DNA from: Solirubrobacteraceae bacterium
Lineage (GTDB): Bacteria; Actinomycetota; Thermoleophilia; Solirubrobacterales; Solirubrobacteraceae
Reading direction: 5' to 3'
Assembly (NCBI GenBank): GCA_035535075.1
Contig: DATLQS010000012.1
Span: forward strand, 6,494 to 70,493
Length of the DNA: 64,000 nucleotides
A program made the position numbers and the translations under genes. The notes under the pieces were generated by a model. That model was not told where the DNA came from. It saw only the letters and a list, made by a program, of their open reading frames with translations, and did not search any database. Positions 20,630 to 27,777 of the stretch are shown here, piece after piece (the stretch's first letter is position 1; every line of letters starts with the position of its first letter).

Positions 20630-21987
20630 GCATCGACGAGCAGCTGCTCCAGCTCGGCGACGAGCTGCGCGCCGAGGGCGTCGCGATCGGGACCTCCGAG
20701 CTGCTCGACTCCGTCGCGGTGCTCGCCGAGCTCGACTGGCGCGATCGCGCGACGTTCAAGCAGGGGCTCGCGGCCACGCTGGCCAAGTCGCCCGAGGATC
20801 GCCGTGTCTTCGACCTCGTCTTCGAGCGGTTCTTCTTCCGCGCCGCCGAGGGCGCGGCGATCGAGGCCGGCGTCGTCGAGGCGGGTGGCGTCGGCGCGAA
20901 CGCCGACGCCGCGCAGCAGATCGATCTCGAGCAACTGCGCGCGCAGATCGCCGAGGCGCTGGCCGAGGGCGACGAGGGCCGGATGCAGGACCTCGCACGG
21001 CTCGCGCTGGCGGCGATCGGGCGCGCCAGCGAGGGCTCGGGCGTCGTCGGCATCGACGTCCAGCGGATCCGGCGGGCGCTCGGCCTGCGCAGCGACCCGC
21101 AGCCGGACTACCCGCCCGGCGACCCGCGCCGCGAGGGGCTGCCGCGGGACGCCCTGCGGCGCTTCGAGGCGATGTTGCGCCGGGAGCTCGAGCGCGCGCA
21201 GATCGAGCGGACGCAGGCCCTGCCGCCGTCGCGGCCGCTGGGCGACCTCGATCGGGCGCTTCCCAGCGGGCCGGCCGCCGACCTGGCAGCGGTGCACCGC
21301 GTCGTGGCTCAGCTGCGGCGGCGACTCGCGACCCACGGCGTCGAGCGGCGCGGCTCGCACCGTCACGATCACGTCGACATCCGCCGCACGATGCGCGCCT
21401 CGCTGCAGACGGGCGGCGTGCCGGTGGTCGTCAAGTACCGTCCGCGCCGCCCGCGGCGACCCGAGATCTATGTGCTGTGCGACGTCTCGACGAGCGTCAC
21501 CTCGGCATCGGTGTTCTTCCTCTCGGTGCTGCACGCGCTGCACGATTCGTTCCGCCGGATGCGCTCGTTCGTCTTCATCGAGCGGATCTCCGAGGTCACC
21601 GACACCTTCGCGCGCGAACGCAGCTTCAAGGCGATCAGCGACGCGATCGCCAGCGACGCCGGGGTCGCCGACGTCTCCGGCTACACCGACTACGGACGCG
21701 TCTGGTCGGAGTTCCGCTCGCTCGTCGAGGACGACCTGCACCCGCGCGCGACGGTCATCGTGCTCGGCGACGCACGCACCAACGGCCGCGATCCGCGCGC
21801 CGACATCTTCGCCACCATCGCCGCGCGCGCCGGACGGACGTTCTGGCTGAACCCCGAGCCGCGGCTCTACTGGAACTACGGCGACTCGGTGATCGACGCC
21901 TACACGCCCTACTGCACGGCCTTCGAGTGCTGGACGACGCACCAGCTCGAGGACTTCGTCAAGGCGCTGACCGGATCGCGCTCCTAG
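20626..21987 (+). CDS. VWA domain protein, CoxE-like
   Basis: TTG 20626 overlaps the MoxR stop (TTGA). MIDAS YVLCDVSTSV, then VIVLGDARTNGRDP and FWLNPEPRLYWNYGDS. The N-terminal part of listed ORF 20005..21987 is out-of-frame overlap with moxR and is rejected. Confidence 0.82.
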   Translation: MSIDEQLLQLGDELRAEGVAIGTSELLDSVAVLAELDWRDRATFKQGLAATLAKSPEDRRVFDLVFERFFFRAAEGAAIEAGVVEAGGVGANADAAQQIDLEQLRAQIAEALAEGDEGRMQDLARLALAAIGRASEGSGVVGIDVQRIRRALGLRSDPQPDYPPGDPRREGLPRDALRRFEAMLRRELERAQIERTQALPPSRPLGDLDRALPSGPAADLAAVHRVVAQLRRRLATHGVERRGSHRHDHVDIRRTMRASLQTGGVPVVVKYRPRRPRRPEIYVLCDVSTSVTSASVFFLSVLHALHDSFRRMRSFVFIERISEVTDTFARERSFKAISDAIASDAGVADVSGYTDYGRVWSEFRSLVEDDLHPRATVIVLGDARTNGRDPRADIFATIAARAGRTFWLNPEPRLYWNYGDSVIDAYTPYCTAFECWTTHQLEDFVKALTGSRS

Positions 21988-22061
21988 CCCGCGAGGCGGC
22001 CGGCCCCGGCGTGGGACCCCCGCCCCACCGCCGCGATAACGACTACCATGCGCCCGGTCTG

Positions 22062-23087
22062 ATGCCGATGCGCCCGGAGCTCCGCAGGCGCGGCGCGCTC
22101 CTCGCCGCGAGCTTGATCTGCACCGCCCTGTGCGCCGGGTGCGGTGAGGTGCATGCGCGGATCAAGCTCGGGCCACCGCGAGCGCTCACCGTGGCGATCG
22201 ACGGCGCGCCGAGCGCGCTGTTCGCGTCGCTCTACGCGGCCCAGGCCGACGGCGACTTCGCCCGCGGAGCGCTCAACGTGACGATCGAGCGCCCCGCGAG
22301 CTCGGACCCGCTCGGCGCGTTGGAGTCCGGCAGCGCGCAGGTCGCGATCGTCTCGGAGCCGGCGCTGCTCTCCGCGCGCGACGCCGGCGCGCCGGTGGTG
22401 GCAATCGGCGCACTGGTCCGCCAGCCGCTGGACGGCATCGTGTCGCTCGCCGCCCAGCCGATCTCGAATGCCCGTCAGCTTGCCGGGCGCACGATCGCGG
22501 TCAGCCCGACAGCGCTCGCCGCCGCGCAGCTGACCACGGTGCTCGCGAGCGCCCGTGTCCCGCCGTCAAAAGTACGCCGGGTCGTCGTCGCCGGCGATCC
22601 CAGCACCGCGCTCCGGGCGCGGCGGGCGGTCGCCGCACTCGGCGGGCTGTGGCCGATCGACGCCGTCACGCTCAGGCTCGCCCACCAGCCCGCGCAGGTG
22701 CTCGAGATCCAGCAGGCCGGCGTGCCGACCTACAGCCAGCTTGTGGTGGTCGTCCGCACCAGCGAGGCCCAGCAGGGCGGGCCGCTGCTGCGGGCGTTCC
22801 TCCAGTCGCTGACGTTCGGTGAGCGGGCGATGCAGAGCAATCCGGCCAAGGCCATCGCCGCGCTCGTGAAGGTCAACCCGCGCCTGAGTGCGCAGTTCGA
22901 GCGTGCGGTGCTCGCGCTGATCCTGCCGATCACCGCACCGAGCGATCCCAGCAAGCCGTTCGGCTATCAGGATCCGTACGCCTGGAGGACCTTCGGCGCG
23001 TGGATGCACCGCAACGGCCTGCTCACCCGAGCGCGCAACGCCGGCCTGGCGATCACCGACGAGTTCCTACCGGGGCAGGGAGCGTAG
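22062..23087 (+). CDS. ABC-type substrate-binding lipoprotein, NMT1/THI5 (SsuA/TauA-like) family
   Basis: Only the last 341 codons of ORF 20598..23087 look coding. MPMRPELRRRGALLAASLICTALCAGC lipoprotein signal, then a periplasmic-binding fold pattern. No permease or ATPase gene is adjacent. Confidence 0.6.
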   Translation: MPMRPELRRRGALLAASLICTALCAGCGEVHARIKLGPPRALTVAIDGAPSALFASLYAAQADGDFARGALNVTIERPASSDPLGALESGSAQVAIVSEPALLSARDAGAPVVAIGALVRQPLDGIVSLAAQPISNARQLAGRTIAVSPTALAAAQLTTVLASARVPPSKVRRVVVAGDPSTALRARRAVAALGGLWPIDAVTLRLAHQPAQVLEIQQAGVPTYSQLVVVVRTSEAQQGGPLLRAFLQSLTFGERAMQSNPAKAIAALVKVNPRLSAQFERAVLALILPITAPSDPSKPFGYQDPYAWRTFGAWMHRNGLLTRARNAGLAITDEFLPGQGA

Positions 23088-23112
23088 GCGGCCGGCCTCC
23101 GGCACCCCCATA

Positions 23113-24003
23113 TCAGCCGAGCCGCATCGCGTAGACCGCCGCGAGGCCCCCCCACGGGGCATAGGGAGCGAAGAACTCGCGCACCTCCTCCTCGTCCGCC
23201 CGTGCGCGCGGGTCCCCGCCGCTGCGCAGTCGCGCGACGAGCTTGCGCAACGCGAGATCTCCAGCCGGCACCGCGTCGAAGCGCCCCTGGCCGTGCAGCG
23301 CGAGACACTCGACGGTCCAGCTGCCGATGCCGGGCAGGGCCCGCAGGCGTCGCCACGCCCGCTCGTGGTCGGGGCTGTGCAGATCGACGCGGCCGCAGGC
23401 CACCTCGCGCGCCGCGCGCCGCAGGGCGAGCGCCCGCCCGGCCGAGAGATCGAAGGACTCGAGCAGCGCGGGCGCGGTACCGGCGAGCACGGCGGCGCTC
23501 GGCACGTCGCGCAACGGCGGTCCGGCGGTCCCCTCGCCGGCGAGCGCAGGCCCGAGCCGGCGCACGATCCGCCGCTCGATGCCGACCGCCCGCGTGTACT
23601 CGATCAGCTGCTCGCAGATCGCCCAGGCGAGAGCCTCGAACGGTTCGGGGCGGCGCCGTGGGCGAAGCCAGGGAAGCCGGCGGACCAGGCGTCCGATCAG
23701 CGCGTCGGCGCGAAACCGGGCGTGGAATTCCGACAGATCGTCGTCGACGCCGAGCGCGAAGCGCATCCGCTCGAGCGCCCGCTCGCAGGCCCCGCGCGAT
23801 GGGCCCCAGGCGCCGATCAGCACGCTGTGGGCGCCTGGCTGCGCGGCACGAACGACGACCGGCTGTCCCTCGACGTGCAACAGGCGCTCGAGCACCCCGC
23901 CGCGCGCGCGCAGCACCCCGTCGGCCCCACCGCCCGGCAGTCGCAGCGGCCAACGCGGCGCCACCTCGACGCGCCGCTCGCAGGTTCCCGGGAGTTCACG
24001 CAC
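23113..24003 (-). CDS. alkA: DNA-3-methyladenine glycosylase II (AlkA-like, HhH-GPD)
   Basis: 296 aa with the HhH-GPD segment LRALPGIGSWTVECLALHGQGRFDAVPAGDLALRK. Confidence 0.8.
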   Translation of the reverse strand: MRELPGTCERRVEVAPRWPLRLPGGGADGVLRARGGVLERLLHVEGQPVVVRAAQPGAHSVLIGAWGPSRGACERALERMRFALGVDDDLSEFHARFRADALIGRLVRRLPWLRPRRRPEPFEALAWAICEQLIEYTRAVGIERRIVRRLGPALAGEGTAGPPLRDVPSAAVLAGTAPALLESFDLSAGRALALRRAAREVACGRVDLHSPDHERAWRRLRALPGIGSWTVECLALHGQGRFDAVPAGDLALRKLVARLRSGGDPRARADEEEVREFFAPYAPWGGLAAVYAMRLG

Positions 24004-24092
24004 GGCGCGCCATTGAAGCGTGCGGCGCGGACGTGCCGGTTGCGCCGCCGCGATCGCTCACCGCGATGGGCGAGCCGTTCCGTCCCGAGCCA

Positions 24093-24434
24093 CTACGGGC
24101 CTGCGAGTGTGTGCACGTCGACGACGAAGGTCCGCGACGCGACGACCTCGAGCGCCGGCTCGCGCCGGCGCACCGCGGTACTCGGCGCAACACTCGACGC
24201 GACGCTCGGGGCGCGACGCGCCTGCACCCGTGCGAAGTGGCGGCCGAGCACCGCGGCGGTGGCCGCTCCTGCGACGAACCCCGTGGCCGCGACGGCGGCA
24301 ACCTGCACGAATGGCGGCGGACCATGGCGCACCACCTCGACCTCGCGGACGTTCGCGACGACCAGGACGCCGTCGACGACCTCGGGCTCCTCGACGGAGT
24401 TCTCGATCGATGCCGACTGCTCGTGGCCCATCAC
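24093..24434 (-). CDS. hypothetical small protein with one predicted TM segment
   Basis: 113 aa with strong third-position GC bias in this frame. Acidic N-terminus and hydrophobic FVQVAAVAATGFVAGAATAAVLG. Lies 38 nt downstream of the GNAT gene. Confidence 0.5.
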   Translation of the reverse strand: MMGHEQSASIENSVEEPEVVDGVLVVANVREVEVVRHGPPPFVQVAAVAATGFVAGAATAAVLGRHFARVQARRAPSVASSVAPSTAVRRREPALEVVASRTFVVDVHTLAGP

Positions 24435-24471
24435 AGCTCTCTCTCACCCGACGTCGTGCAAGTCTCGCAGA

Positions 24472-25602
24472 TCACTGCAGGCTGCGTTCGTAGACACGAA
24501 AACGGCGCACGATCTCGCCGCCCATGCCCTCCATCGCGCGGTTCATCGGGCGGTTGGTCTCGAGGATCCAGCCCATCTCGCCGCCCTTCTGTGGCGTGCG
24601 CTCGGCCGCGTCGAAATGCATCTGGTAGAAGCGCGCCGCGATACCGGTGTGCTGGTACTCCGGCTTGACGCCGAGCGCGAACACCCGCACGGCGTCGATC
24701 TTGCCGCGGTAGTACAGCGCCTTGGCCCAGCCGAACGGCAGCAGGCGACCGTTGAGATGCGCGAGGACCTGGTTGAAGTCCGGGAGCGTGAGCGCGGCGC
24801 CGACCACCTCGCCGGTGTCGACGCGCTCTGCGAGGTAGGCCCAGTTCTCGTCGAGCACGGGCTTGAGGTCCTTGGCGTAATGGTGGACCTCCTCCTCGGT
24901 CAGCGGCACCGACGCCCAGTTGCGCTCCCAGGCGGCGTTGTAGACCTCGAGGAAGCGCGACACCTCGGCCTGCAGGTCGCGTTTGCGCATCGGCCGGCAG
25001 ACGATCCCGTGTTCTGACTCGACCCTGTCGGCCATCCGCCAGATCGCGTCGCGTACCCTCGATCGCCCTCTGATGTGCAGGCTCCACATCAACAGGTCCA
25101 TCGCCTTCTCGAGGCCCTCGCCCTCGAGCAGCGCCTGATAGTACGGGTGATGCCAGCTCGAGAGGATGATCGGCGGGCGCTCGTGGCCTTCGATCATCAG
25201 GCCGCACTCGTCGTTGGTGGTGAAGTCCATCGGACCGACCATCCGGTCACGGTCGTGTTCGCGCAACCAGGACTCCGCGGCGCCGAGCAGCGCGTGCGCC
25301 GTCTCGCGCGAATCCTCGCACTCGAAGAAGCCGAACATCCCCCAGTCGTTGCCCTGGAACTCGTTGAAGCGGTGGTCGAGATGCGCGGTGATCCGCCCCA
25401 CCGGCTGCCCGTCGCGCCACGCCAGGAAGTACTCCGCGGCAGCATGCTTGAAGAACGGATTGCCCTTGCGGTCGAGCCGCTTGTGCATATCCATGTTGAG
25501 CGGCGCGATCCAGCGCGGCTCGTTACGATAGAGCGAGGAGGGGAGCGCGATGAAGCGCCGTAAGTCGCGCTTGTCGGCGACCGGCCGGATCTCGAGGCTC
25601 AC
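24472..25602 (-). CDS. two-lobed GNAT-fold acyl-CoA N-acyltransferase (function unknown)
   Basis: 376 aa with a GTG start. The C-terminal lobe has the GNAT motif-A-like VFALGVKPEYQHTGIAARFY. The N-terminal lobe IRPVADKRDLRRFIALPSSLY ... GFFECED looks like a second degenerate GNAT. Confidence 0.65.
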   Translation of the reverse strand: MSLEIRPVADKRDLRRFIALPSSLYRNEPRWIAPLNMDMHKRLDRKGNPFFKHAAAEYFLAWRDGQPVGRITAHLDHRFNEFQGNDWGMFGFFECEDSRETAHALLGAAESWLREHDRDRMVGPMDFTTNDECGLMIEGHERPPIILSSWHHPYYQALLEGEGLEKAMDLLMWSLHIRGRSRVRDAIWRMADRVESEHGIVCRPMRKRDLQAEVSRFLEVYNAAWERNWASVPLTEEEVHHYAKDLKPVLDENWAYLAERVDTGEVVGAALTLPDFNQVLAHLNGRLLPFGWAKALYYRGKIDAVRVFALGVKPEYQHTGIAARFYQMHFDAAERTPQKGGEMGWILETNRPMNRAMEGMGGEIVRRFRVYERSLQ

Positions 25603-25616
25603 CCGCCCCAGCCTAC

Positions 25617-26894
25617 ATGCACCCGCCCCCCGACGTCTTCGCCAAGATCCGCGACCACGAGCGCGTTGCGTTGATGCGCGCGGCGCGTGAGCACGGCCTG
25701 CTGCCGTACTTCCACGAGGTCGAGTCCCCGGCGATGCCGATCGTCCAGATGGACGGGAAGCCGCGGATCATGCTCGGCTCCAACAACTACCTCGGGCTGA
25801 CCGCCGACGAGCGTGTGATGGCGGGCGCACGCGATGCGCTGGCGCGCTACGGAACCGGGCTGACCGGATCGCGGCTGCTCAACGGGACGACACCGCTGCA
25901 CCTCGAGTTGGAGCATGAGCTCGCCGAGTGGATGGGAACGGAGGACGCGATCGTCTTCACCACCGGGCAGCAGGCCAACGTCGGCACGCTCGCGACGCTG
26001 CTCGGGACCGGCGACACGGTGGTCGTCGATTCCGCCGACCACGCCTCGCTGCTCGACGGGGCGCTGCTCTCGCGGGCCAAGCTCAGAGCGTTCCGCCACA
26101 ACCGGATGGACAAGCTCGAGAGCACCCTCGAGAAGGCCGTCGGCGACGGAGGCGGCGTGCTCGTGGTTGTCGACGGGGTCTTCTCGATGGAGGGCGACAT
26201 CGCGCCGCTGCGCGAGATCGCGACGCTCACGCGGCGCTTCGGCGCGCGGCTGATGGTCGATGAAGCCCACGCCGTCGGCGTGCTCGGCACGCGCGGCGCC
26301 GGCACCGCCGAGCTGCTCGGCGTCGAGGACCAGGCCGATCTGCGGATGGGGACCTTCTCCAAGTCGCTCGCCTCCTGCGGCGGCTTCGTCGCCGGGGACG
26401 CCGACGTGATCGAGTTCCTGAAGATCCAGAGCCGGGCCTTCCTGTTCACCGCCTCGGGCGTTCCCGCCGCGGTCGGCGCCGCGCTGGCGGCGTTGCGCGT
26501 GATCCGCTCAGCGGAGGGCCGCGAGCTGATGGCCCGCGTGCTCGCGAACGCGCGGCACCTCAACCGCGGTCTTCACGAGCTTGGCTTCGACGTCGTCGAA
26601 CCGTCGCCGGTGACGAGCGCCGCGGGCACGCTGGAGTCGATCATCACCCCGATCGTGCCGGTCCGCGTCGGCGAGGACTGGCACGCCGGCCTGTTGTGGC
26701 GAGCACTGTGGGACGCCGGCGTGTTCACGAATGTCGCCGTCCATCCGGCGGTGCCCCCGGGCGGGGCGCTGCTTCGCACCAGCGTCATGGCCACCCACGA
26801 CGAGGCCGTGATCGACCGGGCGCTCGATGCCTTCGCGACGGTGAAGCGAGCGTTTGAGGCCGAGCACGGGCCGCTTCCGGGGCCCTCAGGATGA
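25617..26894 (+). CDS. PLP-dependent alpha-oxoamine synthase, serine-palmitoyltransferase-like paralog of BioF
   Basis: 425 aa with LGSNNYLGL, GSRLLNGT, DSADHASLLDG, VDEAHAVG and the Lys motif GTFSKSLASCGGFV. The last contrasts with [14 protein letters not shown] in the bona fide bioF at 40863. Confidence 0.85.
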   Translation: MHPPPDVFAKIRDHERVALMRAAREHGLLPYFHEVESPAMPIVQMDGKPRIMLGSNNYLGLTADERVMAGARDALARYGTGLTGSRLLNGTTPLHLELEHELAEWMGTEDAIVFTTGQQANVGTLATLLGTGDTVVVDSADHASLLDGALLSRAKLRAFRHNRMDKLESTLEKAVGDGGGVLVVVDGVFSMEGDIAPLREIATLTRRFGARLMVDEAHAVGVLGTRGAGTAELLGVEDQADLRMGTFSKSLASCGGFVAGDADVIEFLKIQSRAFLFTASGVPAAVGAALAALRVIRSAEGRELMARVLANARHLNRGLHELGFDVVEPSPVTSAAGTLESIITPIVPVRVGEDWHAGLLWRALWDAGVFTNVAVHPAVPPGGALLRTSVMATHDEAVIDRALDAFATVKRAFEAEHGPLPGPSG

Positions 26895-26966
26895 TTGTGC
26901 ACGTCCACACAAGGCTCTGCTGAGAGAAAAACCTCGCTCCGAGCGAACGCGGTACACGGTGATGCG

Positions 26967-26996
26967 TTGACCAACGCGGGGGCGCTGTCGTAGCTT
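26967..26996 (+). promoter_or_regulatory. candidate sigma-A type promoter upstream of the MihF-like gene
   Basis: TTGACC (26967..26972), an 18-nt spacer, then TAGCTT (26991..26996, fits TAnnnT). It sits 181 nt upstream of the ATG in the lower-GC intergenic stretch. Confidence 0.3.
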
Positions 26997-27177
26997 CCAT
27001 GCACGCTCGGCGCGGAGGTGCCCGGGGCTTTGAGAGGGGCCCCTGTGACTCCCAGGAGTGCAACGACCACGGTCAGCAGCACGGTCATTCGCCGGAGCGG
27101 CCCACCCCGCGTTCGCGCGTACAGCGTAAACCAACAACCGGATTGGCGCTCGTCAACGCGAGCGTTCGGGAGCCCAG

Positions 27178-27546
27178 ATGAATGCGACAGTGATCGCCTA
27201 CGGGCCGCAACACATGCGGGCCCTTCAACGCGCCAATGAGGTGCGCCTCGCGCGTGCCGAACTGAAGCGCCGAGTGACGGACGGCGAGACGACTGCCGCG
27301 GCTGTGATCCTCGCCTCGCCGTGGGAGGCGGAGAGCATGGCCGTAGCCGAGCTCCTGATGAGCCAGCACCGCTGGGGGCACACCCGCGCGCGACGGTTCC
27401 TCGCCGGCATCCCGATGACGGAGACCAAGACGATCGGCTCAATGACCGAGCGTCAGCGCCGGAGCCTTGCAGCGATGCTCGAGGCGCAGACGCCGACCGG
27501 TCGCACCGCGACCGGCGGCGTGGCGCGCGAGGAATTGCTCGTCTGA
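27178..27546 (+). CDS. actinobacterial integration-host-factor (MihF)-like DNA-binding protein
   Basis: 122 aa, with GGGAG 5 nt upstream of the ATG. LARAELKRRVTDGETT ... MAVAELLMSQHRWGHTRARRFLAGIPM ... IGSMTERQRRSLAAML aligns by eye with mycobacterial mIHF (ARAELKDRLKRGGTN ... MKVSALLEALPKVGKVKAQEIM ... LGDRQRKALLEKF). Confidence 0.5.
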   Translation: MNATVIAYGPQHMRALQRANEVRLARAELKRRVTDGETTAAAVILASPWEAESMAVAELLMSQHRWGHTRARRFLAGIPMTETKTIGSMTERQRRSLAAMLEAQTPTGRTATGGVAREELLV

Positions 27547-27554
27547 GCGGGGCA

Positions 27555-27585
27555 CGTGGCGCGCCGGCCCCGCCGGCGCGCCACG
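27555..27585 (+). terminator. perfect 13-bp GC hairpin directly after the MihF-like gene
   Basis: cgtggcgcgccgg - ccccg - ccggcgcgccacg, starting 9 nt after the stop codon. The downstream T-run is only ttt. Confidence 0.5.
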
Positions 27586-27644
27586 CCACGTTTCCGCGCT
27601 CCGCCGCGTTCCCATACGCGCGGGCGAATCGCCGGGCCCGTGCT

Positions 27645-27660
27645 TTGTCCACGCGGACAA
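27645..27660. promoter_or_regulatory. palindrome TTGTCC-ACGC-GGACAA in the glutamine synthetase III leader (candidate operator)
   Basis: Perfect 6-bp inverted arms with a 4-nt spacer, about 120 nt upstream of the glnN-type ATG. Confidence 0.2.
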
Positions 27661-27777
27661 GCCCCGCGCGCAGCCAAGCGCATAAGGTGTGCAGCCGCCG
27701 CACTGCTCGCAACGGGTTGCTTGCGCGAGAAAACGGTCATCGCCAAGTACCCATGATCCCCTCAGGAGGACGCCCGG

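Noticed and set aside
20598-23087. 829-aa ORF that would make one huge protein ending in the substrate-binding domain
   Set aside because: The first ~488 codons are an alternative frame of the VWA gene with low-complexity Arg/Ala/Gly composition. A lipoprotein signal peptide (MPMRPELRRRGALLAASLICTALCAGC) begins at 22062, after the VWA stop at 21987.
26573-27095. Signal-peptide-like minus-strand reading MTVLLTVVVALLGVTGAPLKAPG... starting near 27095 (within listed ORF 26573..27712)
   Set aside because: The frame has no stop until 26573, so the product would overlap about 320 nt of the convergent SPT-like gene in antisense. Codon bias is weak and I found no SD. It is probably a chance hydrophobic stretch, though Ribo-seq could revisit it.
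27586-27777. Possible glutamine (glnA-motif) riboswitch in front of GS-III
   Set aside because: I could not find the conserved core of that motif as I remember it, or a convincing three-stem fold. That riboswitch class is known mainly from cyanobacteria and marine metagenomes. Only the palindrome is reported, at low confidence.
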